In this document: piece after piece, positions 24,859 through 36,500 of the stretch
How the letters are laid out: every line of letters starts with the position of its first letter
How positions within the stretch are numbered: the stretch's first letter is position 1
Origin: Vicugna vicugna
Taxonomy: Eukaryota
NCBI GenBank assembly: GCA_013265495.1
Contig: MU057801.1
Span: 1,791,879-1,855,878, forward strand
Length of the DNA: 64,000 nt
Direction of reading: 5' to 3'
The notes under the pieces: model-generated
The model's database searches: none
The model's input: only the letters and a program-made list of their open reading frames with translations
What the model was told of the DNA's origin: nothing
Position numbers and translations under genes: made by a program

Positions 24859-25844
24859 TAAAGTCATAGGTGTGAATCAGTGGGCAGGTTTCTCTACTCT
24901 GTGCTGACTCCCTGACCTGGGCGAGACGTTCCAGGCGCGCACGTGAGCTGATCGCACACCAGAGGGGTGCCTGAGAGGTCAGCAGCCTCCCCGTCGCTGC
25001 GACTTGTGTTAAATGACAACAGTTCGCTTCGCTGAAGAGACTCAGGCCTGAGGTTAGAGCACAAGCAGGTCATAGTTCTAAGAAGCCAGGCCCTAGGGTC
25101 TGTGCCTCTGAGGAGCCCTGAGAGGTTCGCACAGAGGCCGTGCGCCCTGGGGCTGGAGCGGGGGCCAGAGAGAGGCGTGCGGTGTCCCGGGGTAAGTCTC
25201 AGGCGCTGGGACGGAGACCCCGGGAGCACGGACAGAGGCCAGGCATCCGTCTGTCATGGTGGGGCATCCCGAGCGTCACCACTTTTGTTCACACTTCTTG
25301 TCGAATAGTAAGTTGGATTTGCATTTTCCTTTTTTCAGTTTCAAAGGCTGGCCTGGATTTGAGCGGCAGGTGGCTCACGGGGGAGGTTGGGACAACACGG
25401 GGCGCAGGGGCCCCGGGGCGCTGCTCCGTGGGCAAGAAGCCCCCACCTCCTGGCAGGCAGCCTGGGAGCAGCCCCCTCTGTGGCTATGCTTGGGGGAAGG
25501 GCTAAACTTTCACACGCTCCGTTGCAACCATAAGACACAGGTATTGCCTGCAACATCCCCCCCACATCTCAGATGCTCACATTTCCACAGTGATCAAACA
25601 CGGGGCTCAACCTGTGACCCCAGCTCCCAGGGAGAGCAGCAGCTTTGAACGTGAACCTTCTGGAAGCATCAGCCCTGCTCCCAGCCAGAGCAAAGTGATG
25701 GCCATTCCCTCCTGGCACCTCCTGGTGGACGCACGGGTGAGCAGAGCCAGGGATGGAGGGAGATGGATGCCGGAAGGACGACGAGCCGCCCACACACCGT
25801 GGTGCCTGCTTCTCCCTCTGACCATCCTGACGCCCCAAAGCTGT

Positions 25845-26233
25845 GCGGAGCGTCACACCAAGTGAGGCAAGTCCGACAGAGAGACACACGCCATGTGATA
25901 TCATTTACGTGTGCAATCTGAAAGATGACACAAATGAACAAAAGCCAGAAATAGACTCAGACACGGAAAATAAACTATGGCTACCAAAGGGGAAAGGAGG
26001 GGCAAGTTAGGAGTTTGGAAGTTGCCGCTGCACACACTGTGTATAAAACAGACAAACCGCAAAGTCCTGCTGCACAGCTCAGGGAGCTACCTTCAGTATC
26101 TTGTACTAGCCTATAATGGGAAAGAATCTGAAAAAGGATGTGCATGTATGTATCTGTGTAGTTGAATCACTTTGCTGTGCTCCCAAAACAAACACAACAG
26201 TGTAAACTAACTGTACTTCAATGAAAAAAGAAA
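25845..26233 (+). mobile_element. LINE-1 3'UTR fragment (artiodactyl-type)
   Basis: AAGTGAGGCAAG...TGATATCATTTAC, AGACTCAGAC, CAGTATCTTGTA, TGAATCACTTTGCTGT, ACTTCAAT-A tail. Confidence 0.88.
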
Positions 26234-26647
26234 TACATCACATAAAGAGAAAATAAACTTAGACACAATTATCATGTAAAAAAATGAAACATGACTAAAA
26301 TACAGAAGAACTAGAAGAAAATTGCAAAAAAAAAAGAACCCTGAAATTAAAATCAATTTGAATACAGAAAAAAGAAGGGGAGGAGACTCACTGCTGTGCA
26401 GCTGACACAGATGTGGAAAACAAGTCCCTTCTCTCCCTGGTGTCAGCTTCAGACCACAACCGCCGTTTCTCAACGTTAAAGAAAAAAAAAAAACAACTGG
26501 AGTTTGAAATAGCAATTTAAATGAAAGCCAAGATGGACCAGGGGGCTTCCTCTGGGTGAGGCGTGGCAGACGGAGGAAACGGCAGAGGAGGAGCAGAGCT
26601 GCGGAGACGAAGGCTGTCCGGAGGGCGGGGGCTTGCCTGGGCCCGCG

Positions 26648-27127
26648 CAGCAGAGCTCGGAGACGATGGTACCTTCCAGAATGTCACAATACGGCAAGTT
26701 TCACAATAAAGCGACTGCCTGGTTTCCCGGTGCACACGCAGGTGTTACCTTCACGCTCTGCTGTGGTCTGTTCAGTGTGCAATAGCATGATGTGTGAAAA
26801 CACAGTATACACCCCTTACCTTAAAAATGCTTTGTTGCTGAAAAATGCCAACCATCATCTGAGCCTTCAATGAGCTGCAACCTTTCTGCAGCAGTGACAG
26901 CAACGCTCACGGATCAAAGATCACCATCACGACTATAATAACAATGAAAAAGCTTGAAGTACTGCGAGAATTACCAAAACGTGGCGCAGAAACATGGAGT
27001 GAGCAGATGCGGTTGGAAAAAAGGAGCCAACAGACTTGCTTGACGCAGGGTCGCCACACACCCTCCATTTGTGTGAAATGCAATAGCTTCGAGGCTCAGT
27101 AAAGTGCAGGAAAACGAGGCGTGGCCG
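26648..27127 (-). mobile_element. Internally deleted Tigger1 derivative (Tigger1a-like)
   Basis: Both Tigger1 ends joined: CAATAAAGCGA, GTGTGCAATAGCAT, ATCATCTGAGCCTTCA, then TGCGAGAATTACCAAAA and AGACTTGCTTGACGCAGGG. Confidence 0.88.
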
Positions 27128-30100
27128 CGAGGAAGGGCACTGAGTCCAGGCCGTTTCCCTGGAGCCTGGTAGCATCACTGGCTGGTCAGTTAGAGAAGGT
27201 CAGAGAAAGAAAAAAAAAATCTATCTTTAGGGGGGAGTTTGGGATAAACTCCGTTATTCACTGAAGCAAGTGGGACCAGAAACTAGGAAACATGACATTT
27301 CAGAGTTTAAGTGTCTGCAGGAAGGGTAATTTTCAACTGGAAACATCAATGTGAAAAAGTGGAACCACTGTTAAAGCTTGTAACAAGGTGATTTTACGAC
27401 CAAACCATGTCTATGACGAAATCTACCTGTAGCCTTAAGTTGCTTAAGTATTAAAAAAAAATGAATTGTGCCCACCTTCCCAGTGGAGGAGAGGTCCCAA
27501 AGGGTAGTAATGAAAAGCATGTTGTTCTCTAAGCCAAAAATGGACTTGACCCCCCTCCCTACCAGACAAACTTCTATTCATCCTTTAAGACCCGACTTCC
27601 CATGTCCCACGCCCTCTGGGGGAGCTTATTCAATTCTCCCCTCGCATGGAAACTCCCGTTGGCAGTTTTGCCCGCACTCCCTCCTGGGAAAGTGATTGCT
27701 GGGTTAGGAAGCTGTTCTTCCCGCCGGACTGAGGTCTTCAGGGCCAGACTTCACTCATCTTCGCACCTGCAGGGCCAGGTACCAGCCTTAGTTTAGGTGA
27801 CATCACGGGCTGCTGGCTAAGGGGTGGGTCAGTGCAGGCTCGGATGCTCCCCGGCTGGCCCTTCACACTCGAGCGGTTATGAACAAATCTCTGATGGCAG
27901 AACACCAGAAAGTTTGCCTTGCGGCTGCCACAGACACTGTTGGCCCACATCCACACAGTAACCTAGTTTGAAGAGAATGCCCAGAAACCGAGGTGTGTTC
28001 CAGGACGAGTGCCTAAAACTCACTGGGGTGGGGGAGGACCAGCCTGGCTGAGGCTCTCGTTCCCTCGTTCGCCCGGGGTGCAGGCCGCCCCTGTGGCTGC
28101 TCAGTTACGGGAAGCATCCGGTGGCTGAGACGCGGTCAGTCGGCGGCGGCAGCCGTCTCCTAGGAGACCACACGTCAAGGACCTGCTGAATCACGAGCTT
28201 CCGCTGGGTAACAATGAACTTCTCTGACCAGACGTAGGAGGACTGGGCTGGAGCAGATACCTGGCACCCACCTGCGCTGCCCCAGCTGAGACCGAGAGAA
28301 GGAAAAGGGAAAACGTGCGACTTGACTCACCGAGGATTTACTTTCACAGGAGTTGCTTCCAAGGGAGTAACGTGTTCTCGGGTCAGAAGATGCCATCAGA
28401 CCTTTCCTCTCGCTTGTTTTTCACAGAGGTTCTCTTACCCTTCGTGTTTCTTCTTGTCACGAATGAAACCCACCTGCTCTCAGTGTCTGCTGCGGGGACA
28501 CACTGGTCGCCTTTTGAGTAGAAAGTAAATGCAACGCCACATCTTCTAAATGAGGGCAGCTTTATAACTCTCTACCCTGAAAAATAAAAAAGCTGAAGTG
28601 CAATGAGAGGCAAGGAGTAATCACAGGCTAGTTTCATGAAACTCGAGGAAAATGTTCAACATCGTAGAGAAAATAAACTGGGAGCTTGGCGAGGATAACG
28701 TTTGTGGCTGACGTTTAAACATAAACTCAGACCCTGTTTCCGATTCCTCACCGTGCTCCTCTGACGTAGGCGCGGGCACTGTCTACGACACCCGGGGTCA
28801 TTAACTCTCCGAGCCCCTGCAGAGCGTTGGAGCAAGGAGCAGCGTGGGTTCGGGGGCTCTTATCACAGCTCGACCTACTGAATGATGCTTAAGCCTGTAT
28901 TTGAAATTCCACTTTTTGCAGCCTGAAGTGTAAAGAATCATTCTGATAGGAGAGATCTGAAGGGCAGGAGTAGCCAGTGGGCCAACTCGAAGGAGGACAA
29001 GCAAGAAAGACTCAACCAGAACGCTGATCAGCAATCGCTGGCAGAATCTCACCCGGTGCTGGACCACAAGGTTGAAACTAAATGACTTAGGAAAATAAAA
29101 CTAGTTAGAAACTATAAAACAAATGTGCCTTCAGAAACATCTTTGTGCACCTCCCTCCCCCTGCCTGGAGCTTTCATCTTGGGCTCCCTTCTCCTCAGAC
29201 CCTAAACTATAAACCCTGCGTGAAGCTCATGGAAAATCCAGGCATCAGAGTGCTCCTGACATAACCCTCCCACCCTTAATCTCAGCTCTCGGACTCTTTG
29301 CTTAAATTGGAACATGGGCTCCACTGATTCCTGGAGGGAGACGTCTCGACGACCACCAGAGATGCTGTAAGGACATACTGCAGCAGCAGATGGGTAGACG
29401 AACTGCAATCAGATAACACAGATGCTCATTCAGTGCCATTCTGAATATGTGTTCTGTTCCCCATGAAACTGACTGATTTTACGAAATTCACCTTTTCTCA
29501 GCAGATTGATTATGCGCTCTTGTGTGCTGTAACATACTGAGACATCACACAGAAGGCCATCTAGACAGTTTATACCTGTAAAGTATGAAAGGGTTTTTGT
29601 TTTCAAAATTGTATTTAATGCCGTTGGGGAAAGGCTTGCTGTGTATTATTAAGGGAACGAAGGAGACAAACAAAGTCTACCTACAATGTGACATTAAATC
29701 TATAAAATTGTATATGTGCCTATTTATGCATCTACATGCTAAGAGTCGCGACATCTCAGCTGTATTTGCAAAGTATCACGTGTTGCCTGTGCAAACCGAA
29801 AAGAATCAGGAAACACAATACTCCCTGATTTTAAGGAGCTACCAAGAAAATCACGACATGGAAATGCCTGAAACTCTGTTTATATTCAAGAATCTGAATG
29901 GCTCATGGCATAGCGATGCGCAATTATGAATCTTCGATTTACTAAAGTGTACTGAAATTCTGTCTGTGTTTAACAACAACGACAAAAATGATTTGTTTCA
30001 GCCCATCCAAATGTAACACGAGGTCACCTGCACAACAATACAAGAACAAAAGGAAAAGAACGTTAGCTATTTCAGGAAATTTTGAAAATTTGGTCCTTCT

Positions 30101-30559
30101 GCAAGAGTCACTCCGAATGTGAAGCTTCGGACAGGATTTGTGAGTCAGAAACGGCCTGGTTTATCAAGGAAGAAAAACCGTGACGTGAAGTCCAGCCTCT
30201 GAGCTTTGCTGGCTCAAGTGCACGCCGGTTTGTGAATCCCCGGCGCAGCCCGTCCGTAAAGCAAGCCGCGGCGCGGTTCCGAGACGCTGAAGTTTTCCTG
30301 GGCGCCTCCCAGTTCCGTGTGACCGAGAAGCGGGGGTTCTCTCTTTTCTAGTAAGTCCTCCAGGAGCCATAACCTACGTGACCCCGTTTCTGTGGAAGCT
30401 GGCTGCATCTTCCGCGGCCACTGAGTCCTCCGTATGAAAAGGTGACCTTTCCCTGTGTGAACAAAACCTCATTCGAATGGGTGCACTCTCGCGCTCACGT
30501 TTGGAAATGTGTTTGCATAAGGATTTATTCACGGCTGAGAAGGTTCCTGAGATTCTCTG

Positions 30560-31260
30560 CCCCCTTCGCCGCCGCTGCCTCGGGGCTCTGTGATGAGGGC
30601 CCGCAGGGATGCCGTCCCGCCGAGGCCCGGGACCCCCGGGCCTTTACTCCCCCACCTGCAGAGTGGCCCCCGGCCCCTTCCCCTCCCGAGAGGAGCGGGG
30701 GCGCCAGGGCAGACGCCCACGGCGAGCGGAGGCGGCACTCGCTGGCCCGGTGTTGGCAGGGTCCACATCGGCGCGCGGCCGCGCATCAGTTCCTCAGCTT
30801 GCAGAGCGACAGACTCGGAAAGGGCACGTCCAGATGCTGGCGCGCGGGCGCGAAGATGCAACCTGCCTACTCGGGCCAGCCGCCCCCCACCCCCCCGCCT
30901 GGCCGGCGGCGGCGTATCAGCGCGCGCCCCGAAGCTCCGGAAGCGGAAGCGGAGCGTTGACCGCGGCGGAAGGAACGGGCTCTGCGCTCGGGGCGGGGCC
31001 GCCGCCCCTTTGAGCTGCACAGAGCTGGGGGTGCTCTTTGCTTCGGGGCAGTTTTTAAGCCCAGGGATGTGTGAGGCCTGGGACACGTGACTAGCAGAGG
31101 CGAGGGCCCGGGGCAGACACCTGCCCTACAGGGCGGGAGGTGCGGCTGCGTTCTTCCCTGGAAACGGCTTCCCGCGCGGCGCCCCGACTGGAGGGAAACA
31201 GGGACCCCCATGGGTGTGGCCTCTCCTTAAACCGGCTTCCGGGCCTCCCCCGGGTCGAGG
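30560..31260. promoter_or_regulatory. CpG island with tandem ETS motifs and GC box
   Basis: CCGGAAGCGGAAG at 30937-30949, GGCGGAAG near 30965, GGGGCGGGGC at 30990-30999, dense CpG. Confidence 0.7.
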
Positions 31261-32329
31261 CTGTTGATCTCTGCAGGCATGAGGGGTCTGAGCTCCCGCA
31301 GCGCCCCTGCAGACCATGAATCCCGGGAAGGGGAGTGGCAGACCTTCGGGATAACGGGAGCACGCGTCCCTGTAGCCAGCGATGCCCGGGGCAGTCAGAG
31401 CAGCACGGCGCGCACTGCTGGAAGCCGGGAACTTTCTCATCCCCCCAAGGCTTCTCACCAGCTTCCGATTTCTCTGGCTCGGGGGCTCGGGCGCATGGCT
31501 GGAGGTCTGCACTGGCCTGGGAGGCCTTTGAGCCGTGTATCTGCCCTTGATCTATCGGCTTCCATTTCTGGGCAAATTAAGGTAGAATAATTCTATTTCA
31601 CCAAAAGTCAACTCTAACGGGTAGGATCCTCTGCCTCTACCTCCCCGTCTTCCGTCCTGGCCAGACCGCAGCCTCAGGGAGGCAGATCTCAAAGCCAAAG
31701 AAGGAAAGTTGAGTCGGCGGGAAGGGCGCTCAGCCACCTGTCTGCACGGAACGTGCCCACCGGGTGTAGGGGGAGAGACTGTGCGGCCAGCTCCCGAGGA
31801 GGGAGCCCCATCGGGGTCAAGGGCCAGGGCTGGCTCACGTTGAGGGTGGGCAGAGGCTGCCCGTCGGAGGGGGTCCTTGCCCTGGAGAGATGTTGGCCTT
31901 GAAGTGCAGCCCCCTGGGTGCACGCCCTGCTGGCAGAACAGACCCGGAGGTGCTGTGTGTGGACACGCACGGCCCCGCCGAGGTCTGCGTGTGGGAGGAG
32001 CTGGCCCTCTCTTATCCTGGGTGGGATGGAGGACTTGAAGCTGTGAGGTTAAGAAGTAAGACTGCATGCGTCCCAGAAGGGCAGACACCTTTCAGGCTCC
32101 TCCCCCAATGGGGCCACCTGTGTGCTTTCCCCTGTCTTCATGCCATCCACTCATTGCTTCAGTCCACCTTCACTGGGTGCCTGGCGAGCAGCGCTAGCGG
32201 CTGGGCCCTGAGATGAGCCCACCGGCCTCACAGAGCCCTCACTCACCTCCCAGAGCTTAATGAGTCCTGCCCACTCCCCTGGTTTTCTCCCATGTGCTCC
32301 GATGCCCAAACTCGGGCAAGCAGGTGTGG

Positions 32330-33420
32330 TAAGCACTGTTCCCACATGGCACCAGGAAATTGGACGTGACAGTTAATGGAGCAGAACAGAAGCCCAGAGA
32401 CTGCAGTGTGTACGAAAATCCAGGCTGTGATATGAGGAGCTTTCAAAATCATAAGAAAGGGAAAGAATGAAAGCTAATGAGACAACTAGTTAAATCTCTG
32501 GGGGAAATGTCCAGATGAGAGCCCTGTGTAACATCGTCGACACACTCGCATGCATTCCAGATGAATCTGATTTCCTGAAAGTTCAAAGGTAAGCACTGTC
32601 ATGCGATAGAATTAAAATAAAGATCAGAGGGATAGAGGAATAGATTATTTCAGGGTAAGGAGCTGTTGGGTAAACAGCGAAGCAAACAGAGGTACCACCG
32701 AGAAAGAGAGGCTGTACTTGGATCCATAAAATATCAAATTTCAAAATACACGAGACCACAATGCACATGGCAGACAAAAGACAAATTGGCAAAGGATACG
32801 AACTCACTGAAGAAGAAAGAGAAATGTGTGGTAAATACATGAAGAAATGTATTTAATTTGTAATCAAACGTCAGTAACATCAACACATTTAGCATAGGTA
32901 TCTATATTTAGCACATATCCAACATATATCCTATAAAATGGGCCAAGGCTTTCCTTTTTAATGAATATACTCAGCACTTTATAAAAGTGCGTAAAGAAGA
33001 TGAGCAGTCCTGTCTACGCAAGGAAATGTGTATCAGGATGGCCGTTCAGAGGGGAAGCTTCAAAATAAGTGCAATGTTAAGATACTGGATGATCATAAGG
33101 ATTATAATAGGAGATTGGAGACAAGATGGTCCTTATAGCACTGGATACAACTGAACAAAAAAGGAAACACACAAAGTTTCCAACGGTAAAGAAAGTCTAA
33201 CCAATCACGGCATTCGTGCACAGGATTAGGATGATACGAAGGTAATAAAAACCAGGTAGCAGACAAGTGCATTTAACTATGGAAACAAACTGCAATGTAT
33301 TTTAAGGGTAAAATTACCGAGTATATGCAGTCATTTATTTGTTCAACATACTGAGTGAAGGACTTAATTACATAAGTAACAATAACGTACGCATATATGT
33401 AAAGAAAACATGTGGGGACA
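32330..33420 (+). mobile_element. Ancient LINE-1 (L1M/L1ME-type) remnants
   Basis: A-rich tract with decayed L1 motifs (AATGGAGCAGAACAGAAGCCCAGA, AAATTGGCAAAGGATACGAAC, AAATACATGAAGAAATGT). Confidence 0.55.
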
Positions 33421-33956
33421 ACAGCAGTGGCTGCTTCGAGGCTGACTGTGGTGGGCACGGTCAGGACTGCCACTCACACCTGCCGTTGCTGGCCCCAGCA
33501 GACACGCAGACCCTCGGGAGCCGGAGGGGACGACAAAGCTCGCGCACCCTGTGCCCACGTGCCGCTCCCCCTCCCGGTGTGCTTCATGCCTTGCTTCCCC
33601 CCCCTAAGTTAGAACATCTCGTGCTTTTTATTTTGCAAAACTCTTCCTCTGAAGAACTTAATAATGGCAGAATGAGATGATAAAATAGCTCCAGCTGACT
33701 TTTTTTTTTTTTTGAATAATTACCCTGAGCTGGTTTAAGGGCTTTGATGCATGACCGGAAATTTCAGCATAACTTACAACTTCCCGGATGCTGCAGAGAC
33801 ACTGAGAGGACTTGCCTTGGCCTCTCAGTCTCCGAGCCCCCCTGAACCCCCCGTTCCTCAAACTCTCCCATGATTCTCCGCTACAGAGTGCGTTTGGGGC
33901 AGGGGATGTAAAAGTGCGACTGGCTGAGAGCAAAGCCACACCACGAAACCAGCTGC

Positions 33957-34048
33957 CTCCTTCCCCTTTCCTCGTCCCCATGGGGATGAGATCACTGCCT
34001 GCCATCTTGCCCTGAGGGTCCGGAGGGTTAAGTGAAGTGGCACCGGAC
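33957..34048 (+). repeat. 92-bp dispersed direct repeat, copy 1
   Basis: 91/92 identical to 35484-35575. Confidence 0.95.
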
Positions 34049-35483
34049 TACGAGCTGCTTATAATCTTTCCCCTTTTCCTTGTAAAGACCTTCCGAAAGT
34101 GTGTGTTCTCAACACAGCAAGCGTAGGGCCACCTAGGCCAGTCAAGATCAGAGACTGGATGTTTTCCCCCGAAAGAGCCGTCTTGTTGTATGAAGTGCCT
34201 GTCCTAGGAATTATGGGACATGATTATTTAATCACTCTTCAGCACAGATTTGCATTAGATACGCAGGGACATGTGAGGTATGGTTCCTGTCTGCAAAGGA
34301 TTTATCACCTCTCGTGTCAACATGTCTTCCCAGTCCCCCCCGACATAAAAAGAAAAAGAAAGCCTTCCTGTGACCTCCTGTCTTCTCACCTGGGACTCTA
34401 CCTGCGTCCTCTTGAATGTCCCTTCTAAACTCTCCCTGCTTTCTGATCAGCCATCAGTCCATAACCCATCAGTTGGCTTTCCATCCCATTTCCCATCAAT
34501 AATGAACAGAACGTGATCTCCTGAAGTCAACAACCACTGCCAGCTGTGAGGCCCGCCAGCCTCTTCTGTGTCCTCCCCTGCCTTTATTTCCTCCCTGAAA
34601 TGTCCCTCTGCCATCACCTGCTGGCTGTGGAAAGCCCTCTCCCCGCGTCCTCACCTGCCACCGAGATTTGCGTGCTACCTGTCACAGTGCTTGTCTCTTC
34701 TGTGTCTTGGTCTTTCTTATGTAAACCTACCAGCTCTGTCACCTGCAAAGACCTTCTCTATGTGTGACTCCGAAACCTGGGTCTGGAGCTCACGTCTCTC
34801 CTGAATGACGCAGCTCCCGCCCCCGCCGTGTCCTCACCTCATCACCAAGCCCACGCCTTCTTCACAGGAGTAACTGCCATAACCCACAACGTGACTTCCT
34901 GTCTCTAGCCTTGTGCCCCTGCCCACAATTGCCTTTCTAAATCAAGTATGGTCAAATAGAAACTTGGGGCAAGGAAGGAATAGCCACTCTCCCTTAAACC
35001 TCTGTGTTCACATCTGCAGGAAATCTGTCCTTGTAAATGACTCAAATTCGTGATGCGTATGAATGAGAAGCTGGAGTTGTGCAGTGCGCAGCCTGTGTGA
35101 CCAGACAGAGCAGGTCAGCTTCTCCTCATGGGGTCCCACAGTCACCAGGTCAGGATTTTGAGGCAGAAAGAACACATACAGGTCATTGGTCCCAACACTG
35201 TATTTAGAGCATCCATGTTTCCCACAAATGGCCTTTGGCCCCAGTGTGACATCTCCAGTGACTGGGAACTCACTATTTCTGAAAGCATCTCTCTGTGCTT
35301 CTTAACTGAGCACAGAAAGTGAACGTGCTGCCCTTGAAGCTTCTGGTTATTGCAAATCTGGCACAGGCTGGGGCTCTGCAGGCCAGGGAGCAGGCCAGGG
35401 TGTGGCTAAGGGTGTGATTTGGTGAGCAGCAGAGCTCTGCCCGAGCAGCTCCACTATTTACTAATTAAGAAATTCCTTAATTT

Positions 35484-35575
35484 CTCCTTCCCCTTTCCTC
35501 GTCCCCATGGGGATGAGATCACTGCCTGCCATCTTGCCCTGAGGGTCCTGAGGGTTAAGTGAAGTGGCACCGGAC
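35484..35575 (+). repeat. 92-bp dispersed direct repeat, copy 2
   Basis: 91/92 identical to 33957-34048 (GTCCGGAGG vs GTCCTGAGG). Confidence 0.95.
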
Positions 35576-36110
35576 AAACGAGGCTGCACATTAGCTCTCA
35601 TGCACCCTCTGCTCCTGCCACCTGGACACTCCGTTTTCCCTTCAGCCTCTCTGTGTCCGACATGATTGGCAGCTCCTCCCATGTCCCGACCACATCCTTC
35701 CAATCGTGCTGCTTCTGCCTGGAGGTGTCTAGACTTGAACGCTGCCCCTTGGATGCCTTCCATGCCTCAGGCATTGGGTAAACTCGCCTGATTTGTGTTC
35801 AAGACAGGCTGTTACTCATGAATCAAGAATCTTGTTAGGTGCTTGTCTGTCATAAGTCTCTGCCTCTCTCTTTCTGGGCTGTGAGTTCACGGGGGTCTCC
35901 GCTCTCCCTTGTGCCCCCGGCCACACAGGCGCACCGCCGGTGACCCACAGTGACTTACCACATGCCGGCTCAGCTCGGATTCTGGCGCTGTCACCCTTCA
36001 TGGGTGGGAGCCATCTGAGCCAGGGAGTGGCTGGTTTTGAGGGCTGCACGGTTCTCTTTGGACCTTCCTTCTTGCTCCGTCACAGTCCTGGCTATCAGTT
36101 TCTGCTTTAC

Positions 36111-36500
36111 TTTTTTAAAAAACAACTTTATTGAGACAGAATTCACATACCATAAAATTCACTTATTTCAAGCGGCTTTAGTACTTTCACAGACTCGTGC
36201 AACCATCACCACAATCTAATTCTAGAACATTTTCATCGCCCCCAAAAAAGAACCCCACACCCACTCGAAGTCATTCTGCATTCCCGCCCCCACCCCCAGG
36301 CCCTGGCCATGAGGCTTGCCTGTGCTGGACATTTCATCGAAATGGAACCACACATCCCACGTCCCTTTGTGACTGGCTTCTCACAGCATCGTATTTTCAA
36401 GATTCATCATGTGTCAGCTCTTCACCACTTTTTCCTGCCGAGTAATAACCCCTCAGACGGGGTGCCGCGTTTCACCCGTCCCCAGCTGGTGAGCACTTGG
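36111..36500 (-). mobile_element. L1MB-type 3' end
   Basis: ACAACTTTATTGAGA...ATTCACATACCATAAAATTCAC...TGCAACCATCACCACAATCTAATTCTAGAACATTTTCATC. Confidence 0.88.

Noticed and set aside
28922..29070. Purine-rich exon-like segment
   Set aside because: Good acceptor at 28921 but weak donor (GTTGAA), and no partner exons or known peptide.
33957..35575. LTR retroelement or CRISPR-like interpretation of the direct repeat
   Set aside because: No TG...CA ends, PBS/PPT or TSD; only two copies; eukaryotic context with no cas genes.
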